A stretch of DNA of 64,000 bases from NCBI RefSeq assembly GCF_000142905.1, contig NW_013657677.1, positions 585,167 to 649,166 of the forward strand. Direction: 5' to 3'. The translations under genes were made by a program, and so were the position numbers. The notes beneath the pieces were generated by a model. The model had not been told where the DNA came from. It did no database searches and saw only the letters and a list, made by a program, of their open reading frames with translations. This stretch comes from Thecamonas trahens ATCC 50062 (taxonomy: Eukaryota; Protista; Apusomonadida). Of the stretch, positions 10,801 to 18,398 are shown piece after piece. Every line of letters starts with the position of its first letter. Position 1 is the stretch's first letter.

Positions 10801-11652
10801 AAGAGCTTGGCAGGTGCTGATGAGGACCTTACTGGCAAGGTTGGCGCGAGCGGCGTCGAGGGCGACGAGGACGGCGGCGGCGGCGTGCGGCGCGGGGCTC
10901 AGTAGTGAAGGGGTGGCGGCGCGGACGAGCAAGACAGCACCATACCAGGCTGACGGAGCAGCAAGGACTTGATTGAGTGCTAGCGGAATATCAGCCTTCG
11001 GGCCAAGCGCAGCGGAGAGTGCCTCGTCCAGAAGTGGGGCCGGGGCGGCGGTGCCAAGCAGACGCGCCTCGAGGGCGTGGACAGCGGCAGTCAGCTCGGC
11101 AGCGTAGAAGCGGAGAGCAAGCGGGGCCGATCTGCGGACGCGCGACGAGACGCGGTCGGCGAGCGAGAGAAGCCCCAAGAGCGGGTCGGCAAGGCCGGCG
11201 AGCTGAGCATCATCCGGCAGCTCAGCGAGAGCGAGGAGCCAGGCTGATGCGAGAGCAGCGGCGAGATGAACCACATGCGGCTTGAAGGGCGCTTCAGCGA
11301 GGACATTGACAGCCGCGACAATAGCATCTGGCGAGAGCAATGATAAGCTCGGAAGCTGCGTATTGTGTGCAGCATGAAGCTGGGGATGTGTAAGAGCGAG
11401 GGCCATAGCCTCACACAGCCGAACATCGTCAAGGACAGCTTCCATGGCCACGGCAGTCTCTGCAGGCAGTGAGCCCTTCCCACCAGGAGGAAGGATGAGA
11501 CCACATGCAACAGCCGACTGTAGTCCACGGCGTAGGCAGTGCATGATCGGTGGTTGTGGCGGAGGAGGAGGAGGAGTGGGTCGCCATGTGGTATGGAGAG
11601 CCGAGGGGGCGCGACTGACGTGTTCATGCGGTGCCAGTGCGGGGGAATGCAT
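1864..11652 (-). CDS. Giant (~3200 aa) Ala/Leu/Glu-rich, largely coiled-coil protein of unknown function; true start probably 11446-11546
   Basis: Uninterrupted 9.8-kb ORF with coding-like codon bias. Long heptad-rich stretches, a helical N-terminal region and no recognisable catalytic motif. Confidence 0.8.
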   Translation of the reverse strand: MHSPALAPHEHVSRAPSALHTTWRPTPPPPPPQPPIMHCLRRGLQSAVACGLILPPGGKGSLPAETAVAMEAVLDDVRLCEAMALALTHPQLHAAHNTQLPSLSLLSPDAIVAAVNVLAEAPFKPHVVHLAAALASAWLLALAELPDDAQLAGLADPLLGLLSLADRVSSRVRRSAPLALRFYAAELTAAVHALEARLLGTAAPAPLLDEALSAALGPKADIPLALNQVLAAPSAWYGAVLLVRAATPSLLSPAPHAAAAVLVALDAARANLASKVLISTCQALALATAACPSVDRAVALVAGSSASGGLPLGLADLAVYDACHAANHNADVCSAASAAIAFVRSELPTPRPALAAALADAESLNAPAPTGNIGYAAQVEAAAAIAEPAYADSLAKHLAAREQDLEVKLQKTAASLSDEVVHSATLTQDLASTRAELDEYKARHAAACSRVEELEATTTGLAAELAETRDALAAQTRATRAAELLRTMAEAELLSRSSQPVSAPPTPPRSPSPTPRHEIGVTHLQALNSRLELLQAENAELLKANKKASGLRARLRQVQAANDELEDAMAATRSDVVAAQVRLTSLEKALTGEMLAHDNTLASHLATLGDLLRTLDAPLADSLSASSTPQLGSNASTPSEGADVLDRLRLVQWRREHVIQQIQIQAHQLEDLLARLSSSVVAQSTSIDSLTSRLELVDAARREADAQVGQLTEHLNVGLAQEASLLEGKEAAEKALDDLRSSLSAVVANQAAATSLTTSRSSASSALLTAAISKASDVAAQLTLDAASTHAALDALTVADSDATTVAASSLALSSTLAAHEPPAVQESLDELDAEYQAALDAFRSLQDSLPEETDVRDTLVAQSELLGKLARLGAERQAVLETALSNALASVAATHDSTHAATEDRIAALAARIEAARASSADGRDALLASRQDAARLLEHMSMMQGLLLAEQVSAFKTLQAREADLLALLSSVAASPSETSSVRASWDEYTLSLAEFEALVSVPDLEPAFAVVAEAEAETTAARAAQLSASSALLDVKIAALRAAAGALENTLNDSASALNRSASFDAVSFESAQAALHAEADADAQLDALRAQAEANVAAGNAVANFIARVAAELAATGSPLDRALANVDAARASVNAAALSQATAAKETANDAVAAMLQQLSGATSKGVKARIRLETSLATSRAEATAAASRSAAAAKLALLDRLAAALTDAAPTSEAAVEAVIADFRAEHVARASEADETATQLAAAALADHQARLKTIDDPQLFDATMAEIAALKTRASHAHFERLDELHTHVALIESASVANVLARADAVQAATAKLLAESAAATERSELDLRTQLQSKLTGIMAELETKKLSERRQGQLLAAMAEAKARSVAEIDALHHAHQRCAAAAEALLASSCTAAVAQSSPLPQYTRSLASALRDAATDVGGEARKLRDSLTKTRLDSASVRSVLHAVEELSERYEAELDRIHDAGHDQLAAELSASQKATSAKVSHIANKLRAAREAAMDRGARNLDMLKLQLAAGPSASRSPRGVALAADATEELAGQLGEVQDELSRVRHEANESQFQLHRLHALTTAQLRSMADDDGDAPSPNGTEPDYFAYTIGASLAQALADADARMARLALAHKAEKSVLEARLADAGSDGEARAVEAALEDKAIIHDAVHAAHVIVRRAIVDAQGVPPTQAARALREARGRLADIYAAKAEAYTTGMTATLAGVQAELAVAEPGSARAKVLTQRVDDLQREANVWHRAAETGRTAADGQLGRLLEFMMEAEAAQDDAERVAADSVVRRVAQRERSASRETEALLRAMPGSQSDGPAAARTVAHLRQRQTRSNSIHSAHLAAVRERLDELKTVQPSPNLNESRRMFAETQRALHQMVALADEHAIEQDARIASLVDQLALATKERAVLAADARELRESRTQLAAQVSRLSALHEADLKAQASSLDALLTEMTSASGVAPTAGPRFEDMAAEAPWQARTRAQPQAQAQENHTQPDDDTPLVATLAPASVVAAPAPALPAASLDDVLGVLGDHYEALREANALSTSAMLADIATHAAQAGAGPVQAQVCAELSRAAEAAGAERDSVLVAKIEFLARAKAEAGVWAAASGAPLSDLGALLTAASQRVQGEFEATSAEVARAADAEIAALSRQLLEVTKPAQQAKLMAKLEGAREAKAASLASLDASNDVAADVLSDMLAEHRAAMVPAEVAVKMGVPAPDAAETRARVAALREALAACESSGRADLAETRRIVLEAEEVARAHDHGLVARASAVEHAVARLKGAELEAGMEAAAEWRQAAHATSIDMVKTLRDELAASKAALAELEVRTQTTSQSLLNTRRELDEEQSQLNQSRKTLDETNQVLQATQDALAMLDSTLAEQASSALADLNAALANAGLDEARAAGSSALFEVSSRPESSSAAVADARRLSKSGTSVADTFATLEAGLARSTEAIASLSEALRTSESGLDTSRARCLALLGERDAALDAVDDLAAMLRWYAAEAVDAGRSRVGMLDELRVAVSNADGVANNDVAVNKTETELCRKAHGVTSWLREPLLPVPFEAALASTIRLLESQAEVLGRLAEVESSVGESLDVADTTLLVPAGGAKAVAESLVAARVVAEALSNSPTPAQAIDALDEVEAKAGQTEGGRQVVAMLRHLVSGQRALAPQAYVRRWAYQLARSRADSARVSRVLDKVHAVGGGERGLRLARTLLGVPPEVTEAETSRQTEAMHEANSVCKHVSEQAHSVMAGLEAAGDEGAAAVREVIREHDAAAAERLDLLAHLQAVLRSEIEAEDLGQGHDADDHSDVEDNVVAVRSGDGQLVPLTVSAATVDEVEPAAMMLRRRLRGLAHEPGHSVESAVEEVDAVFEGLPSEHPAVLGAKLESVRVYHAQRRAANATALLQASQQLAKAQSSVRLDGTVSPGLMRTVKNAKAALQRELKRAQTETALLQEIEAETKASIASESLRVVSKEEEALGPDELQQLVGSLKSRVRRLARLEEVQVSNQNASGEVVSAVSALLLDEMDATRRLQHEKQMMEEEAAAAEEDKAQLAHSLYAAQNELASFKASAEHRKAIAVMESRLEELEAAAAEDPDNAELQAALAALRDELAAKEAEYELELALAKEIEAGFLAVKQKIHVTGRKERAALENERAQSAAMYDELLVEVEDLEAKVVALDAENSTLKRKLFQQGRRLSTSSGSVANEESRLAVIAAARAAREKQVSLKAKVTELESMLRVKSAMKPRAAAARSLNATP

Positions 11653-12137
11653 GGGGGGGGGTGGAGATGAACTGTGGCATGCTGAACAACCACATGCAGC
11701 TGATCAAGAATGGCACAATAAGAACATCATCAGTGTTGGTATTGTGTTGATGGGGAGAGGGAGAGGGGGGAGATGGATACTGATCTGACTTGGTGCAAGT
11801 TGTGTGCTTTGGTGCTGCTTATCCCGTACTGGGCCAGATCACGGTCACATCATGCCCCCTCCCTTCCCCCCCCTCCCCCCCCCCCCCCCCCCATCCTAAA
11901 CATCCCACACATGCGCTATCCATGCTATCCATCATATCAACCACTCCCACTACTACCCCCCCCCCCCCCCCCACTCATGCGCATTTCTGTCTCAATCATT
12001 TGTCCCCAGCGCACAGACACGACAATGTCGTGTCACACGAGTGACAAGAGGGAGGGGGAAGGGGGACGGAGGGGGCAGGGGAGGGGGACACACACTTCTC
12101 CGCATTTGCTGGCACAGCTGTCACAGGAAGGGGGACT

Positions 12138-14291
12138 ATGCCCAAGCTAACGGTGGACAAGATTGGGGCAAAGTTGGGAAAGGTATGTAGTGGGTGGTGG
12201 CTGGGTGGGAAGAGGGGAGAGGAGAGAGAGAGAGAGAGACAGAGAGAGTGTGTGTGTGCGAGGGGGGGGAGGGGCAAAGAGGTGTACTGATCAGGTGGAT
12301 AGCGTGTGGATCTGCGCAAGCTGGTGGAGGCTGATCTGTCGGGACACAAGATCAATGATCTGGGCTCATTCAAGAACTGTATCGCTCTGGAAGTGCTCTC
12401 GCTGGCAAACAACTACCTGACGCAGATGCGGCAGCTGAAGGGCCTGTTTGACGCGCCACGCCTGCGGATGCTTGACCTCTCGGGCAACCGACTTGCCAAA
12501 AAGTCGTCGTACCGGGCCGAGATCATCGCTAATCTGCCCTCGCTTGTCGAGCTCGACGGCGTGGCCATCACACGCGAGGAGCGCGACGCCGCCTTTCTCA
12601 AGTTTCCTCATCTTTTGCCGCACGGCAAGTTGCCAACGCTACCGTCGTCTGCCGATGTGGCAGGCTCGTCGGCGGCCACCCGCGCCGCGCCGTCTGAGCC
12701 GCAGGCTGCCGCCGCTGATGTAGTTGTCTCGGCCGATGACAAGGAGCGTGTGGCTGCCCTCCTTGCCGGCGAAAAACGGCAGAGCGGTTTTTCACTCGCT
12801 GCCGATGCCGATGCCGATGCCGATGATGACGATACCAACGATGTCGCGGACGCTGACGATGCCAGTACAGGGTGCGCAAGCGCCGACGAGGCCAATGTCG
12901 CCGTCGCCGTGGTTAAGGGTAAGGATGAGGCCGCCGACGCCGCCGGAGCCGCTGGTCCCGATGCCCCGTCGCCCGGCACCACTGTCATCAAGCGGCGGCG
13001 GAAGAAGCGACGTCGCAAGATACCCGACACAGAAGAGGTCAAGGCGCAGGAAAAGTCGGCTTTTGACTCGTTGACCGAGCCAAAGCCCAAGGCAGAGCCC
13101 GAGCCCGAGCCCGAGATTGTGCCGTCTGGCGCCGCAGCCAGCGGAACGCTACAGATGTCCGACGATGACAACGACGAGAGCGATGAGGCCGATGAGCATG
13201 CTACTCCGCTTCCTGACTCGGACGAGGAGGAGGCGCTGCTGTTCCCCAACGGGCGGCCCGCTGCAGGCGCGAAAGCCTCCGGCGAGAGCGACGACGATGG
13301 CGGCAGTGAGAGCAGCGGCTCGGCATTGTCGACCTCGCCGCCGTCGAAGGCCAAGTCAACCGAGGTTTACTCAACGCTCTTTGGCGACGACGACAGCGAG
13401 GAGCTTCCGGAAGCCACCGGCCCGTCGCTCTTTGCAAGTGCACACGGCGTCGATGCTGTGCCGGAGCCGGACTTGGACGAGGCACCGCCGTCGCCGCCGG
13501 CACCTACAGAAAAGCCGATCTTTGCCAACATCGAGCCGGATCCGGTCTTGCTTGAGGCGTTGCGCAAGCTGCCCGGAGCACACCGCAGCGCGAGCGGGCT
13601 GCCGTCGTGTGTGCACTTTGACATCGAGCTCGCTGCAGCGCGAATGGTGCTGACGCTTGGCGTGACGCCGGCCGGTCTGCGGATGGCGCGCGGCCAGCTC
13701 GGCAAGCCGCTGGTGGTGGTGAAGGGCACCCGGATGGCGTGGCTGAGCTGGCTCATGGGTCGAGTCTCGGCGCAAACGGCGCTTGTCGGCGGAGGGCTCT
13801 CGGCTGTCGGCGCCGACGCGCTTGCGCTTGCCTTTCTCAACTCGTTCGACATGGAGACCGCCAACGCGCTGGCAGAGCCTGCGACTGCGGCGCAGCCAGA
13901 TGGCGACGGCGACGACTCGTACTATGACGACTACGAGTATGGATACTCGGACGACGAGGATGATGGCATCAACATCGCGACCTGCTTCCGCGACTTTGTC
14001 AAGCATTGGGATCCGTCGGCCGGCGTCGTCGGCCACGTCATGTTCCGTATCGAGGACGACCCAATTCCCGACGTCGATGTGGTCATTGGCGCCGACGCCG
14101 TGTCAATCGTCAAGGCCGAGCTTCCGCCGTCGGCGTACCTCACCGGCATTCGGCTGAACAAAGCTCAGGCAGTGGCGTTCCTTTCAGGCACCGCCCGGCC
14201 GGCGCAGCTCCTCGCATCGCCGCGCATCTCACTCTCGTCCCGCGAAGGCTTTAAGGACTTTTGTCGCGCCTTTCGGGCCAACTGGATGTAA
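12138..14291 (+). CDS. SDS22-type LRR protein with acidic low-complexity linker and two C-terminal SCP2-like domains; exons 12138-12182 and 12303-14291
   Basis: Exon 1 encodes MPKLTVDKIGAKLGK. A phase-0 intron (GTATGT...TACTGATC...TAG, 12183-12302) joins it in frame to RVDLRKLVEADLSGHKI. LRRs LSLANNYL and LDLSGNRL are followed by an LRRcap (YRAEIIANLPSLVELDG). Confidence 0.8.
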
Positions 14292-15387
14292 GCGATGCCA
14301 GCATGCCATCTGCCTGTGCCGCGTGCAGCCACTTGGGTCGAGTCTTGGGCCGACACTTGCGGACGGTGGCAACCATGGCGTGTGGCAAGCTGCAGTGCCC
14401 GACAAGGGCGCCAACCATACCGCCGGCAATCGCTGCGTTGGTATCGGTATCGCCGCCGAGCGCGAGAACAGCCTCCACCGTGGCAACGTACTCAGGCTCC
14501 GGATCCGCCAGAGTCCGGAACGCAAGCACAAAGCCGCACCGAACGTGGCCACCGAGCCGGCGGACGCTGGCGTTAAAGACAAGCTGGCTCTCGGGCTCGT
14601 CATCCAGCGCCTTGGCAATCCAATGGGCGACGAGGTCGAGTTCGTCGGAACCCTCGCTCTGGGCTGCGAGCTCAGCCAGCGCTGCCTCTGCCGACTCGCG
14701 GGCTGCGGCCTGTCGCGCCGCAAGGTCTACGACCCCACAATGTGACGCAGACGCGATGAGCGTGGCAAGTGCAGCGATGTATGCGACATTGGCAGCAACG
14801 CAGATGAGGTTAGGATGGGTCAACCGCGCGTCGGAGGCGGCGGCATCGACGATGACGGCGAGAGGAGCAAATGCAAAGCAGATTGCGAGCGGTATGGCGC
14901 GCATGAGCGCGCCGTTGCCCAGTGAAGCCATTGATCGGCGGGCGGCAGTTTTGGCCATCAGCGCCGCCGTAACTGGCACGATCGATGGGGACGGCCGAGC
15001 TTGCCGCCCACGCGGCGCGGCGACGCCGACGGACGCGCGCACAGTGTTGCCGATGTCTGGCGGGTTGCTCGCCTTCCATCGGCCGTAGGCGAGCGCCACG
15101 GCGTTAGCCGGAAAACAGCTGGCCCGATTGGCAAGAGGCTGTTCGGCCAGGGCCAGACCGAGCGCAAGCGCCATCTCCGAGTCGTCGGTCACCTGTCCGC
15201 GACGCAGGTTGTTCTTCCCCCCTCCAGGCAGGGTCATGGCATGGCGGGCACCGCTACGGTCCCATTCTGCTGGCGCAAACTCCAGCACCGCGCCAGCGGC
15301 GTCGGCCACAAAAGCTCCCCACAGCGCGCCATAAGCAGCTTCCTCACAAGCATCACAGGATGGGTACTCGTCGCCGTCGTCGGCCAT
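14251..15387 (-). CDS. ADP-ribosylglycohydrolase (ARH/DraG family)
   Basis: Motifs GALWGAFVADAAG, GQVTDDSEMAL, GNGALMR, THP and GGDTDTNAAIAG. Likely start MADDGDEY at 15387. Confidence 0.9.
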   Translation of the reverse strand: MADDGDEYPSCDACEEAAYGALWGAFVADAAGAVLEFAPAEWDRSGARHAMTLPGGGKNNLRRGQVTDDSEMALALGLALAEQPLANRASCFPANAVALAYGRWKASNPPDIGNTVRASVGVAAPRGRQARPSPSIVPVTAALMAKTAARRSMASLGNGALMRAIPLAICFAFAPLAVIVDAAASDARLTHPNLICVAANVAYIAALATLIASASHCGVVDLAARQAAARESAEAALAELAAQSEGSDELDLVAHWIAKALDDEPESQLVFNASVRRLGGHVRCGFVLAFRTLADPEPEYVATVEAVLALGGDTDTNAAIAGGMVGALVGHCSLPHAMVATVRKCRPKTRPKWLHAAQADGMLASLTSSWPERRDKSP

Positions 15388-15625
15388 GGCATGCGACACG
15401 AGTGAGATGTCAGATGCGGAAAGCGGTGGGAAGGGGGGGGGGGGGGTCAATTTGCTGTGCTTGTTGTGGCTGATTGACCGAGACATGACCGCACAATAGA
15501 AGGCAGTGCGGCGCATTTTTTTTTTCACCGCAGAGACGTTTGCCTCACCACCGTGTCACCTGATATTGCTCAGAGGCGAGCGAATGGGTGAGGTGCACAC
15601 TCCTCGCGTAGCCAAACGTGTCGAG

Positions 15626-18247
15626 ATGGGCGGAGCTGCGTCGTGTAGTCGGGGGCATGTTGTACCAGAAGGCGCAATACCAAGTTGGGGCGTGTCTGCC
15701 GAGACTGCGTTTCTGCAGGCGTGTGCTCGTGGGCGGTGCCAAGCGGTGCGGGCCGGGCTTGGAGCCGGAGTGTCGCTGCTTGCGACCGACGACCGCGGGC
15801 GACATGGCTTGCACATTGCGGCACTACATGGAAACACGGCGGTTGCCAAGTTGCTAGTGGCGCATGACAACCGTGTGTGGTCGTCAGGCGAGAGCGTGGA
15901 CCGCGGTCGACTGGTGGATGTGGTGGACGAAGATGGTCACACGGCCCTGCATCTGGCGGCCGGAGGGAGCAAGCTCTCTCTGGTCAAGTGGCTCGTCCTG
16001 CACGCAGGATCCAACGTGACGACGCGAAGCAACAAAGGCATGACAGCGTTGCATGTGGCGTGTGGTGCAGAGAGCCGATCGCTTGCTATTGTCAAGTGGC
16101 TGGTCGAGGCCGGGGCGGCGGCGGTGGAAGCAAGGTCGGAGAAGGGCATCACCCCGCTACACGTGGCGGCCATCCACGGGCGGCCGGAGGTGGTGCGGTG
16201 GCTGGTGGAGTCTACAGGCGCACGTGTGGATACGGTGGAAGAAAACTCGCGGACGGCGCTGGCGCTGGCATGCGTCATGGGCCAGATTGAAGTTGTGCGG
16301 TGCATCAACTCGCTGTCCGCCACGCGGTCGCTGCAGATCGATGACCGGATCGGGCGGCACGGGCGAGCCAGCTTCACGAGGCTGCGGCTGGTGGACATGT
16401 GTATCTCATACAGTACCTCGTAGAGGAGTCGTCGGCGCAAGTGGAGGTGACTGACGACCTGGGACGGACGCCGCTCATGATCGCGGCCGAGAAGAACCGG
16501 AGGGCGGCGGTGGCGTGGCTGGTCAACAAAGCCGGAGCCAATGTGCACGCTACCGAACCCGAGTCTGGCGCTACGGCGCTGTACATGGCGTGCGCGGCGG
16601 GGGCGTTGTCCGTAGTCACTTTCTGGTGGAGCACGCGGGGCGCTGGACGTGTTCAAGCATGCGATGCTCCATGGGCTCGAGTCGTTTGCGCTGCAAGGCA
16701 ATCCTCTGCACGCGGCATGCCGCGAGGGCCACACCGAGGTGGTGCGGTACCTTGTACTTGTGGGCGGAATCTCGGCCAACTTGCGCGACAGTGCCCAACG
16801 AACGCCGCTGCACTGGGCGTGCCTTTGCGGGCACGTCGAGCTCGCGCAGCAGCTGATTGACGAGCTCGGGGCCGACGTGACAGCCAAGGACGCGGCCGGG
16901 CGACGGCCGTTCCACACCGCGTGCCATGCCGGCTCGCTCGAGACGGTGCGTGTTCTTCTGGATCATGTCATGGTGTGGGTCAACGAGCCAGACGAGCAGG
17001 GCCAGACGCCGGCACACATTGCCGCACTGCAGGGCCACCTTGATGTACTCAAGTACATTGTCAACCAGTCGCCGTCGAGCATGCCGCCGCCATCGACGCT
17101 GCCGAGCATCGTGGCGACCGGACACGTCCACATCATCCGGTTTCTCATCTCGACCGGACTCTCATTTGACGTCGAGTTCCCGGTCCTGGCGTACACGCCG
17201 CTGTTTGTGGCGGCGCGGCGTGGCGATGTTGACATGCTGCGGGTGCTGGTAGACGAGGGCTCGGCACAGGTCGGCTCGGCGTTTCCAGGCACGCAGTGCT
17301 TGGTGGCTGCAGCGCAGCGCGGACACTTGGCGGCAGTGCGATACTTTGTGGAGGAGATCGGTGTCAAGGAGGTTATCGATGAGTCGGTTTCCAAGTTTAC
17401 GGCGCTGCAGTCGGCGGCGTCGTCAGGGCGGGCCCATGTAGTCCGATACCTGGTGGCGCGTGGAACCGAGGTGGACGCAGCGTCGGGTCAGCCGCGAATG
17501 ACGGCGCTGTATCTCGCATGCCTCCGTGGGCACGTCGACATTGCGGCATTTCTCTTGCGTGCCGGTGCGGATGCCTCGGGCTCGCGCGGCCTTCTTCCGC
17601 TTCTCCACATTGCGGCGTCGTTTGAAAAGGCCAGCACCATTGCTTGGCTGCTCACGCACCCGGATGCACGGCGGGCAGTCAACGTCCATGAGCTCGACTC
17701 GCACAACAAGTCCGCGCTCTCTCGAGCGATCCGATCGTCCGAGGCGACGGCCGTGATGCTACTTCACGGGCGGGCGCTGGAGCCGTCGGACATCTTGGCA
17801 GTCATTAGCCCGACGGTCGGCCCGCACCTCGGCGTGGTGCACAGAATTCTCAACGGCGGCGTCGAGAACAATCTCTCGCGTGGTCTTGTCTTGATGTCGC
17901 GCGCTCCGGTGTCGCAGCCGTATTCTGCGGTACGCAAGACACTGTACTTTGCAGCCATCAACGACGCAGACTTTAAGCTCTACTCGACATCCGACGGCGA
18001 GTACGAGCTCGCGCACTCGTTTCCGCGGTCATCGATACTCCGAATCAAGCGGGCCGAGCCCGATCTTTCTGTATTTGCGCTCCACATCGACGGTCCCGCA
18101 ACGCTGCCTGGAGCCATCTCAGCCATCTCGCTCGCCAGCACCCCATCAACAGGCTCGCTCACCGCGCCACCTGCTCCCTTGGTCCTGCACTTTGATGCGC
18201 AGACCAGCGAGAATTGTACCGCATGGCTTGATGCTCTGAATAGATGA
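15626..18247 (+). CDS. Ankyrin-repeat protein with C-terminal PH-like domain; three apparent frameshifts (~16361, ~16620, ~16638)
   Basis: Many ankyrin repeats (GHTALHLAAGG, GITPLHVAAIHG, RTPLHWACLCGH) run continuously across three ORFs. The C-terminus ends VLHFDAQTSENCTAWLDALN, resembling the terminal helix of a PH domain. N-terminus is MGGAASC. Confidence 0.8.
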
Positions 18248-18398
18248 CATCAGGCGTTATTGGGCGTGTTATGAAACAAAAAAGACCTTCTGCATCGAGT
18301 GAGGCGTCGCGTGTGTGTGGGTGACCTGGCGCCGGTTCGAGCAAAGGCAGAGCTGTCGCCACACGTGTCGCTGCTCACAGTCCGAGGAGACTCTTCCT

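Noticed and set aside
1592-11285. Numerous plus-strand ORFs opposite the giant coiled-coil gene
   Set aside because: Ser/Ala/Arg-rich shadow frames expected at high GC.
16300-16413. Intron as the explanation for the first ankyrin break
   Set aside because: GT 16300 to AG 16413 gives an immediate stop, and the interval itself encodes an ankyrin repeat (SQLHEAAAGGH) in the shifted frame.
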